DNA from: a virus
DNA length: 64,000 nt
IMG/VR virus record: IMGVR_UViG_3300032562_000014
Span: 8,645-72,644 of that record
Strand: one strand, 5' to 3'
A program made the translations under genes and the position numbers. Positions 38,402 to 47,338 of this stretch are shown one piece after another (positions within the stretch are counted from its first letter, which is position 1; every line of letters begins with the position of its first letter). Under the pieces are notes generated by a model. That model had not been told where the DNA came from. It ran no database searches and saw only the letters and a list, made by a program, of their open reading frames with translations.

Positions 38402-40273
38402 ATGCAAGATACCCCAATCACCTCAGCATCGGACATACTCAGTTACCACGGAGATGCAGGACTTGCATCAGGTAGCGGCGCAGGTACATTACCTGTAATG
38501 CCGGATTATCAGCCTATGCTGTCAACTGTAGATAAGCTACAGGACGAGCAAGTTCAGAAAAGGAGAGAGGCGCGCTTACAGGCACAGAAAGACCTGCAGG
38601 ACAGGGCGCAATTCATATCTCAGCTTACCAATAATGGTGGCAGTATCTTCAACATGAAGGGCAAGGATGGTTCCAATCAAAGCTATTCCATGCTCCCCGA
38701 TGATCAGGAGGCACTTAACCAAAGCACACTCAGCAGGATACAGGCCGTAAATGCCAACCCGGCAGGATACGCATTTGACCCGGCGATAGCTAAAATGACC
38801 ATGGATCATAACAGGCTCATGGCCAATGCGCAGATGAGGGCCAGCTACGAAACACAGGCAAGGACAGCGGCGGCCAATACCATGGACCCGGAAGAGAAGG
38901 CAGGCTACCTGCAGAGCATAGACGACAATATCAACAAATACAAAGTAGGAGATTTTCACCAGATACAGCCCTATGTGCCGCCAATAAAGTACAGCGATGC
39001 TGACAGGTTGGACCTTGATGCGGTAAAAGACCCGAAGAACCTGGAAACAAAGCTCGATGATGGCCACTTTGAAACGAAGATACCAAATGAAGGAGTAGTG
39101 GGCAATACCCTCAATCTTGTTCCCGGAGATAAAGCCTATCTCCCCAACATGGATATGGCTGCTAAATTCCTGCGAAGCCCGCTTGCCCACAGTCAACCAG
39201 ACCTGCTAAGGATGAAACAAGCGCAGGACACTTATAACGCCCTCAATCAATACCAGCCGGGCGACCCTAAGTATCGCGATGTAGTTGTCGTAGATCCAAA
39301 TACGGGACAGGCCACGCTGAACATTACTGGCGATCCAAAAGTGGATGGCTTGAAGGTGGCAGATATGCTGAACATCGAAAAGTATGCACAGCCAAGGAAG
39401 GTAGCCAAGAAGTTTGAGGAAATTGAAAAACTGAAACAGGATGCCATAAAAAATCAGCGCGATCAGAATAAAGATGCAGAAGATAAAAGGGAGTTTGATA
39501 TAAGTGAAGCGGATAAAAGAAATCCACCACCAAAGCCCCCTACTAAAGAAGAGTTGGTGGAAAACATGGATAAAAAAGCTGCTCAAAATGCTTATGACAA
39601 AGTGAAGAGTATCTTTAGCAGAGGTGTGAAAGAAGGGGTAAATTCGGATATACCTGATGAAGTAAATGCAGGTGTAAGGTTCCCTGCATGGTGGAAGAAT
39701 AATGGGTTAGATCCCAAAGAATACAACATACTACCTTACGATAATAAAGGCGCTGAAACACTTATAGGTAAAGAGGCTGATATTGAAGGGACAAAGGACG
39801 CAAATGGAAATACCTCTAAAACGCCAACTGGACAATCTGTAGTGCCATACAAGACGTACATGGTGCAAAATAAAAAAACAAAGCAAAAAGAACTTGTTTA
39901 TGTCGATGCGCCTGTAGCGGATAAGAATAATGGGGAAAAAGATGAATTGGGTAGTGTAATTGCGCGCGTTAATGAAAAAGATGCCGTTGTTAATGAATTA
40001 AAGCACAATGCAGCCTATAAGCCTGAAATATATAACAGACAATCTACGTGGGCTGAACTTTATGGCAATAACGGAGGTAAGTACCCGGATGCGGCGCCAG
40101 TGGCAAGTACACCCGCACCAACCACAACTGTAGCCCCTGAGAAAGCACCATCAATACCTGCTGGATATACTGAGAAAACGAGCAAATCAGGTACTGTATA
40201 TTACAGAACTCCGCAAGGTCAAAATATGGTATGGTCACATGGAGAATGGGTAGAAATACCCGGTAAAAAATAA
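38402..40273 (+). CDS. Ejection/cargo protein
   Basis: 623-aa helical protein in the ejection cluster. Confidence 0.6.
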   Translation: MQDTPITSASDILSYHGDAGLASGSGAGTLPVMPDYQPMLSTVDKLQDEQVQKRREARLQAQKDLQDRAQFISQLTNNGGSIFNMKGKDGSNQSYSMLPDDQEALNQSTLSRIQAVNANPAGYAFDPAIAKMTMDHNRLMANAQMRASYETQARTAAANTMDPEEKAGYLQSIDDNINKYKVGDFHQIQPYVPPIKYSDADRLDLDAVKDPKNLETKLDDGHFETKIPNEGVVGNTLNLVPGDKAYLPNMDMAAKFLRSPLAHSQPDLLRMKQAQDTYNALNQYQPGDPKYRDVVVVDPNTGQATLNITGDPKVDGLKVADMLNIEKYAQPRKVAKKFEEIEKLKQDAIKNQRDQNKDAEDKREFDISEADKRNPPPKPPTKEELVENMDKKAAQNAYDKVKSIFSRGVKEGVNSDIPDEVNAGVRFPAWWKNNGLDPKEYNILPYDNKGAETLIGKEADIEGTKDANGNTSKTPTGQSVVPYKTYMVQNKKTKQKELVYVDAPVADKNNGEKDELGSVIARVNEKDAVVNELKHNAAYKPEIYNRQSTWAELYGNNGGKYPDAAPVASTPAPTTTVAPEKAPSIPAGYTEKTSKSGTVYYRTPQGQNMVWSHGEWVEIPGKK

Positions 40274-40387
40274 TAACTTTATGCACAAACAGCAACAATA
40301 CATTCCGCAGGAATTAATTGATGATCTTTGGGATGACAATAATAAAGAACCTACATTCATAAAAAGGATACTTAAAAAAGTAAAGGA

Positions 40388-43300
40388 ATGCCTGATAAGA
40401 AAAAGGAAATATCCCTCCAAGACATAGCGGCAGATATTAATGATAGCGATACCACATCTGCTTCTGATGTGGAGAGCGCTTTAGGCAAGTATGTATCTGG
40501 TAATGCTAAATCATACGCAGTATCGCAATTAATACATGAAACAGGGAACCCGGAATTAGACAGTGAGGTTTCAAGAAATAACAATAACTACAGCGGGATT
40601 ACATGGAATAAAAACTTCCCAGATGAATGGAAGGGTACTCCAAGGCCGGATTCGGAAGGCGGTAATTACGTTAAATTCCCTACAGTAGACGACTGGGCAA
40701 GAGAGCACGCGAAATTATTAAAAAAAGATAAAGGCGCTGGTGCTCCAGCCGATGCGACCTCAATAGAAGATTACGCTCATAGGTTGAAGGTTAATGGGTA
40801 TTACAAGGACCCAGAGTCGGTATATGCTAAAAGCCTGAAAAGAATACAGGCACAAAGAGGAGAAAAAAACATAGCTGATGTAGCGGCGGACATCAATGAT
40901 GATAGCGCTCCCGATGCCACACAACCAGCGCCGGCGGCTCCCGTTGCGCAGCAGACCCCTCAACAAATAACCAATAGCGTATTTGGGACTCAGCTTGACG
41001 GCTCACCAATAGCAGGTGCAACACAAGTACCAGTCGCACCTACCGTTCCTGCACAGCCTGCCGCGCCGGCCAATAGCTGGGAAAACACAACAGGGCTAAT
41101 ATCAGATACTCCCGCGCCAGCAGGTGTATCTCAAGGAGTAAACGGTAATGCTAATAACAGCAATCCAGCACCTGTTGCACCTCAATTATCACAGCAGGAA
41201 ATACTCAATAAGACATTAGGTACGCAACTAAACGGTGTGCCAATAGCTACTGCGCCAGTAGAGAAAACTGCGCCAGAAAAGACGCAGGATGCGGTAGATT
41301 TCTTAGCCAAGGATGCCCTCCAATCAGGTGCAGTGCAACCCACAACAGATGCAGCCCACCCGGACAACGAATTAAACCAGTTAACCAATCCGCATGGCGA
41401 CCCTGCTTACATAGCTAACTACAAGAATAACAGAATGAAGGCTATTAATACGGAATATCAGCAGCAGCTTTATGAACTACAGACAGACCCTGCAAGAAGT
41501 ACAGATTTCAAGGAAAAGCAGGCTTTGGATGCGCAATTTGCCCAGAAGAAAAAAGATTTGGAAGAAAATGCCGGGCATATAATAGGGCTGCAATTATTCA
41601 ACCAGGAGTACGGCCAAAATAAGCCCATGGGGGCTACTGCCAATACAGCTACCGATGCCATCCGTGGACGATATGAAAAAGATGCTAAGGGTATAGATAA
41701 TCAGATAGCTGCAACCTATAAATCAGAGGCCCCTAACGGATCAGAGGCGGTTGAATTGAGGAAGCAGTTGAATACTCAAAAGTTGGCCCTTACCACGCAG
41801 TATGATGCGGATATATCAAGAACAAAAGCTGGTGTAAAATATAATCCTATACAGTTGGGCGCAAAATACGCCGCTGCCATGGGTGATGAAACAGCAAAGG
41901 AAGACTTGAATAAATTGGAGCATGGACAGCCTATTGCTCCATCCAATCAGTATAAATACAACCTGAGAGGTAACAGGATAATACAGGACGGTACCGACAA
42001 TGCAGTTAACGAAAAAGCAAAGGAAGAAGGTGAGGCACATGCAGACCGTAGCGGCGATCAGTTGTTTGAAAATAACAAGCCCTTCATTGTAAAAAATGCA
42101 GCAGATGTTGTGGCCAACGCAAAAGAGCAAGACCGCAACCCTATATCGAGTTTTCTTAGTTTCGTTACTCCGTCAAAAGTGATGCCCAACATCACGCGAG
42201 AGGAAATAGATAAGTATGGCCAGCAGGAAGGCATACCCGAAAATGCGCTGAATGAACTTCGGCAAAACCCAAATTTAATCCCTAAGCCGGCCAGCGGGTT
42301 AGAATACCTCGCAAAGGGCGCATTGAATACCGCTGCCCCGATATTCCAGCGCTTAGTGTATCCGGCAATACAGGGTGTTGTAGGCGGCGAAGACCCTAAC
42401 CAGCGCTTCCATTCAGGATGGGAGAATGAAAGTGGCCTCGGCGCCGCTATAGTAGGCAATACGCCAAGTTCGCAGAACTCATGGAGTAATATCCGTGGCG
42501 TAGGCAATCAGATGATGGAAACCATCGGTAACCTGGGGGTATTCGGCGGAGAAGTCGGCGGATTGGCAAAAGGCGGCGAGGCTTTAGGATTAGGTGAAAA
42601 GGCTTCTGAGAAACTTGCCAACTTCGGTGTTATGGCCTTCGATGGGTACAATGATGCGTACAATAAATCACTCGACATATTTGGCGACAAGCCAGAGGAT
42701 GAAGGCAAGCGAAAACTGTATTCCACCGTTAACGGACTGATCACCGGCGCATTATTTTCTATCAGCCCTAAAGCGCAGATTGTAAAAAATGCGCTGGGCA
42801 TGGAAAGCAAGAGTGCGGAAAGCCTGATAAAAGAAATACAGGCAAACAATGGCATGGAATTTCTGCAGACAAAGACCGGTAAAGAAGCGCTTGCATCAAC
42901 GGTGCAGGAATTTGGTAAAGAGTACGGTGCGCAAATAAGTTTAGCCACCGCACAGAAAATATCAGAGGGCATAGTAGATGGTATTGCCGCGCCAGAAAGA
43001 AAGCAAAACATGCCGGGGGATGTGATGGATGCGGCTGGCGGTACGGCTATATCTATGCTCCTGCCGTCTATTCTCGGTTCTTTGGGTCATACAACCCACG
43101 AGGCATCCTTAAATGCGGGGGCTATGTTTGAAATGGGTACTCATCCAGATCAATATATCTCTACTATAAGCAAGCAGTTACAAGATGGCAAGATAAGCCC
43201 GCAACAGGCCCAGGCTTCACATGATGCAATCCTTACCATGAAAAATGTGGTAAGCAATACGCCTACAGAAAATAGCATAGGTGAGCAGCTTACACCCAAC

Positions 43301-46300
43301 CAGGTTAAAGATTATTCTTACAGCCTGTTTCAGGAAAACATGCTCCAGAAGAAAATCAAATCATTGGAAGATGGTGCAAAGATGGCAGGATTAGAAGTTG
43401 ACCAGGCGCAACTTGCCCCGCTTAAAAAGAGAATATCGGAAGTGCAGAAAACGCGCGTAGATATTCTGTCTAAACCTGTGCCGAAGCCTGTAATTGTTCC
43501 GGACAAAGCCACAGAAGAAAAGCCCAATAGCGAACCGAACCCTGAACGGAGCGTCGCCAACCAAGCTGACCAGAGCGATGCGGCTGGCAACCAAGAAAAA
43601 AATAATGCCGAAAATGTAAATATTTCAGAAGAACCCATACCTTTATCTCCTGATAATGCTATAGATAATAGTTTAACCCCAAAAACAACCAAAAATGAAA
43701 AAGACAGCAATGGGCCCGAAATCGGCCATGGGCAAGAAAGCGCTTCCATCGGGCGGAATGAAGGCGAAGGCCAAAGTGAAGACAATGCCAACAGTGAAGG
43801 GCGGAATGAAGCCGGGCGGCAAGATCGGGAACTAACCGAAACACCACCTACAGGACAGGACGAGAGCGCTCAGGAACAGCCCGTTGTAAAACAGTCTGAA
43901 AGCGCCTCCTCCGGTTCTGAAACACCAGCAAAAAAGCCCCGGCAGAAGAAAGTATATAAAGGGGATGCCGATACAATACCCGTAGTAGTAAATCCCGGTG
44001 TCGGTACGCAGGATCTCGGCCAAGCCAAAGGCAAGCCCGAAGAACACACCGCAGAAGCCATAAAGGAAGCTACCATAGAGCATCCCGATAAACCGGCAGA
44101 TGTACTCGTTGCAGACCACCCGGAAGGAGAAAGTTTCAACGAAGCGAAAGACCGTTTCCATTCAGCAGTAGAAAGTATAGCCAAAGATGCGCCCGACAAT
44201 TCAGTTGTGGTGACACACTCATGGGGCTTAAAACTGCTGGAAGCTGCACATAAAGTAGGGTGGGATCATCCAAACATAGCCGAAGAACACCAGAACGGTA
44301 GCACCGAGCCTGGCGACCTTGTTCCTTACAAAACAGAGGACGGGAAAATTATATGGTTTGCACGTCACGGAGAAACGGCAGACAACGAAAAAGACCTGCA
44401 GCGCACCAATGATACCAAGCTAACCGATAAGGGCCGCGAACAGGCTGCAAACATCGCAGCAGAGTTAAAAAAAAATGGCGTTACCCCTTCTCAAATAATT
44501 AGCAGTGACCTGCCGCGCGCAAAAGAAACAGCGGATATTATCTCCAAAGAATTTCCGAAAGAAAAACCTACCGAAGATGCCACTAAAATCAACGAGCAGC
44601 CACAGCAAGAAAGCGATAAACAAAGTGGTGAGCCAGAACATGCACGAATTGAGCCAAAAAGGGAGCAAGCCCCGCAGCCAGAAGCAAAAAATAGCGATAG
44701 CAATCAGCGCAGCCAAGCGCCGCAAGTAAAACCAAAACGTAAGGGTAGAAAAGGATGGAGTCTTTCTGCGCAACTTAAAAGGCGCAGCGATGTATTATCT
44801 AATGAACCAAGGACTATAGAAGAGCACATCCTTCATACCATGCTTGCCATGGACGATAAACATCCAGAAGATAAGTGGCGCTTCAAAGACGTTGAAAGGG
44901 ACTTACCTAAAAATGCAAGAAACAGGGATGGAGCCAGTGCAGAAACAAAACGCATAGCCAAGCAATTTACCAGTGTTGATTCTAACATGGGTATTGATGA
45001 GTGGGCAGATGCCTTACATCGCGAAATAGAAGATGGTCACCATCCATTCGGGCTGAATGGAATGGACAGTAAGGATATTGGGGATATGGTTAAAAGCCTT
45101 GTATCTCAATTCCCATCAAAAACCAATCTGTTGGAACATCTTGAAAACCTACATAAAGATGTAGAACCGGAAGACTTGTCTGACGAAGAGAAAGAATATA
45201 ATGCCTCACATCAATTAGCCGAAGCAACACCGGAAAGAATAGAGGCATTAGGTAAGTCAAAATCAGAACTGGAGGAGCATTTGCATAATGAAATAGCCGA
45301 TAAAAAAATAAGCGAATCGGATATATCTGCAATGGATAATTACCTATCTCACCTCCCTGTAGATGAATCTGGCATAACTAATCTTTCAAGCGTAGACCCT
45401 TTTTCAGATGAATACCAGAATATGATGAAAAACCTATCTCACGATGGGCAAGTATTTGTAAATAGGCTATTATTTGAAAGCGTTGCCGAGGATAAGGATG
45501 TTCCCAAAATAATAAAAGAAAAAGCACAACAAAATATAGAAAAAAATGAAAAACAATCAGAACAACAACCTGTCGCATCTGCCGAAGGACATTCAGGAGA
45601 TGAGCCCGAAAAGCCGGGTGAAAACGATGTTACACGCGCTGGTGACAGCGCGTATGGTGAACGGCCAGGTGTCGGAGAACGAGAAGAAGCAGCGCCAAAA
45701 GTTGCAGAACCAATCAAGCGAACCCCTGAGTTAGCCCTTAAAAGACATCAAGCACACGAAAAGGCTGTAGGTGAACTTAATGATCTGCGTGATGAAAGAT
45801 CAGAGATAGAGCAGCATTTATCAACAGAAGAAGCGAAGTCGCGCCCCAATATGGATAAGCGAGCTGAACTGGAGCGGCAGCTTGATGCCAAAGACAAAGA
45901 GATTGCCGATAAGGTAAAAGAAGTAGACCGCAGAAAGCGTGAATTGGATATACAACTTTCACATGAAAAAGGGGCTAAGAAAATTACCGATTTTATAGAA
46001 AAACAGCGCAAGGCAAATAAAGGTATGATGCTATCCTCTCCCGTACCCGGGGAAGTATTTTACTCTATAATGGGTCATTTTGCCAAACTGTACAAAGAAC
46101 TGGGCAATGTGAGGATAGCTGCGCTGCGTGCTGTAGAATGGGCAAAGGACCACTTCAAAAACGAAGAAGGCATAGAGAAATTGAACGCCAGGCATATTGA
46201 AGATGCCAGTAAGCATATTGCTACCCCGCTGGAGCATGAACCACTGATAAGAGATAAAGACGATTTAGAGTCTATAAGGGCTACTGTGCGCGAGATACAG

Positions 46301-47338
46301 GAAGGGGATGTTACAAAAGAAGAAGCTCATCAGGAAATAGATGAATCCCCGATAAGTGATAAAGCAAAAGCCAACCTTCATAATTACATAGACTGGCATA
46401 CCGGAGGCGATACCGAAACGCAGGAGGAAGAACGCAGGGAAAGTAACAACAACACCCTCAATGATAAGAACTGGATAGACGAACACCAGTTAAGTCACTC
46501 TGGTGGTATCACCGAGTATATTTCTCATAAAACAGAGAAGGACATATACGGCGATGAAGCAGTAAAGTCAGCGCAAAAAGAATACGAGGCTACTAAGATA
46601 TTTGAGGACCTGTCGCGCACCGGCCATGACTTGTTCAACCAGGCGCAAAAGAAATATGCACCCAATGGTGAGCCGTTATCAGAGTGGGGAGGTAAATTCC
46701 TTGCAGACCTGAATAATGCAGACCTGCGCGGTAAAGATGCAGGAGCAAAGAAAGTGGTTGGCCTGGCTACGATGGCTGGTGAATTGCAGGGGGAAAGTAA
46801 AAGGCTGGAAATGGAGATGGCCGCAGAAAAAGATGTTGCTAAGAGAAACGACCTGTCTAACCAGAAGGCAAAGACCGATGAATTGCTGGGTAAAGTACAG
46901 AAATCACAAACGGACCTACTGCATGAAGCATCGCTTACGCTTAATGCCCGTAGAATATCCCGCATATTCAGGAACACACACCTGTACGAACTATATGAGA
47001 AAGCAATCCTGTCGGACAAGCAGCGCAAGGCAAAGGATAACATCAATGAAGCGCTGGACACAGGTAAAGTAGCCGACAAGGATATAGCGCCCGGCATAGC
47101 CCCTGCTGCAAAGCCCGAGAAGGAAGCACTGAAAGAAGAGGCGAAGGCATCAGAGGCGCGTAAAGCAAAAGAAAGTGATCAGCCTAAGAAAAAAGGCATC
47201 ATCAAGCGCATAAAAGAGGCTGCAACCAAAGGTAAGAAAGCCAGTAAGGAAGAGATAAGAAAAAACATCTTATCCAAAGAAGAAAAGGCTGCGCTGTTGA
47301 ATGATATTCTCAAAGAGCAAAAGAAGACAAAATGCTAA
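40388..47338 (+). CDS. Giant ejection/cargo protein with an N-terminal GH73 (glucosaminidase/FlgJ-like) peptidoglycan hydrolase and an internal histidine-phosphatase-like domain
   Basis: 2316 aa. SQLIHETG...NNYSGI...YVKFPTV...LKVNGYY.D..Y is the GH73 pattern. A central Gly-rich hydrophobic region is followed by FARHGET...LTDKGREQA...SSDLPRAKETA. Confidence 0.75.
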   Translation: MPDKKKEISLQDIAADINDSDTTSASDVESALGKYVSGNAKSYAVSQLIHETGNPELDSEVSRNNNNYSGITWNKNFPDEWKGTPRPDSEGGNYVKFPTVDDWAREHAKLLKKDKGAGAPADATSIEDYAHRLKVNGYYKDPESVYAKSLKRIQAQRGEKNIADVAADINDDSAPDATQPAPAAPVAQQTPQQITNSVFGTQLDGSPIAGATQVPVAPTVPAQPAAPANSWENTTGLISDTPAPAGVSQGVNGNANNSNPAPVAPQLSQQEILNKTLGTQLNGVPIATAPVEKTAPEKTQDAVDFLAKDALQSGAVQPTTDAAHPDNELNQLTNPHGDPAYIANYKNNRMKAINTEYQQQLYELQTDPARSTDFKEKQALDAQFAQKKKDLEENAGHIIGLQLFNQEYGQNKPMGATANTATDAIRGRYEKDAKGIDNQIAATYKSEAPNGSEAVELRKQLNTQKLALTTQYDADISRTKAGVKYNPIQLGAKYAAAMGDETAKEDLNKLEHGQPIAPSNQYKYNLRGNRIIQDGTDNAVNEKAKEEGEAHADRSGDQLFENNKPFIVKNAADVVANAKEQDRNPISSFLSFVTPSKVMPNITREEIDKYGQQEGIPENALNELRQNPNLIPKPASGLEYLAKGALNTAAPIFQRLVYPAIQGVVGGEDPNQRFHSGWENESGLGAAIVGNTPSSQNSWSNIRGVGNQMMETIGNLGVFGGEVGGLAKGGEALGLGEKASEKLANFGVMAFDGYNDAYNKSLDIFGDKPEDEGKRKLYSTVNGLITGALFSISPKAQIVKNALGMESKSAESLIKEIQANNGMEFLQTKTGKEALASTVQEFGKEYGAQISLATAQKISEGIVDGIAAPERKQNMPGDVMDAAGGTAISMLLPSILGSLGHTTHEASLNAGAMFEMGTHPDQYISTISKQLQDGKISPQQAQASHDAILTMKNVVSNTPTENSIGEQLTPNQVKDYSYSLFQENMLQKKIKSLEDGAKMAGLEVDQAQLAPLKKRISEVQKTRVDILSKPVPKPVIVPDKATEEKPNSEPNPERSVANQADQSDAAGNQEKNNAENVNISEEPIPLSPDNAIDNSLTPKTTKNEKDSNGPEIGHGQESASIGRNEGEGQSEDNANSEGRNEAGRQDRELTETPPTGQDESAQEQPVVKQSESASSGSETPAKKPRQKKVYKGDADTIPVVVNPGVGTQDLGQAKGKPEEHTAEAIKEATIEHPDKPADVLVADHPEGESFNEAKDRFHSAVESIAKDAPDNSVVVTHSWGLKLLEAAHKVGWDHPNIAEEHQNGSTEPGDLVPYKTEDGKIIWFARHGETADNEKDLQRTNDTKLTDKGREQAANIAAELKKNGVTPSQIISSDLPRAKETADIISKEFPKEKPTEDATKINEQPQQESDKQSGEPEHARIEPKREQAPQPEAKNSDSNQRSQAPQVKPKRKGRKGWSLSAQLKRRSDVLSNEPRTIEEHILHTMLAMDDKHPEDKWRFKDVERDLPKNARNRDGASAETKRIAKQFTSVDSNMGIDEWADALHREIEDGHHPFGLNGMDSKDIGDMVKSLVSQFPSKTNLLEHLENLHKDVEPEDLSDEEKEYNASHQLAEATPERIEALGKSKSELEEHLHNEIADKKISESDISAMDNYLSHLPVDESGITNLSSVDPFSDEYQNMMKNLSHDGQVFVNRLLFESVAEDKDVPKIIKEKAQQNIEKNEKQSEQQPVASAEGHSGDEPEKPGENDVTRAGDSAYGERPGVGEREEAAPKVAEPIKRTPELALKRHQAHEKAVGELNDLRDERSEIEQHLSTEEAKSRPNMDKRAELERQLDAKDKEIADKVKEVDRRKRELDIQLSHEKGAKKITDFIEKQRKANKGMMLSSPVPGEVFYSIMGHFAKLYKELGNVRIAALRAVEWAKDHFKNEEGIEKLNARHIEDASKHIATPLEHEPLIRDKDDLESIRATVREIQEGDVTKEEAHQEIDESPISDKAKANLHNYIDWHTGGDTETQEEERRESNNNTLNDKNWIDEHQLSHSGGITEYISHKTEKDIYGDEAVKSAQKEYEATKIFEDLSRTGHDLFNQAQKKYAPNGEPLSEWGGKFLADLNNADLRGKDAGAKKVVGLATMAGELQGESKRLEMEMAAEKDVAKRNDLSNQKAKTDELLGKVQKSQTDLLHEASLTLNARRISRIFRNTHLYELYEKAILSDKQRKAKDNINEALDTGKVADKDIAPGIAPAAKPEKEALKEEAKASEARKAKESDQPKKKGIIKRIKEAATKGKKASKEEIRKNILSKEEKAALLNDILKEQKKTKC
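43518..43595 (+). repeat. Degenerate copy of the dispersed repeat, read in-frame within the cargo gene
   Basis: Shares AAAAGCCCAAT and GAACCCTGAACGG with the 51100/56918 copies, and CTGAACGGAGCGTCGC with 63863-63878. Confidence 0.55.
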
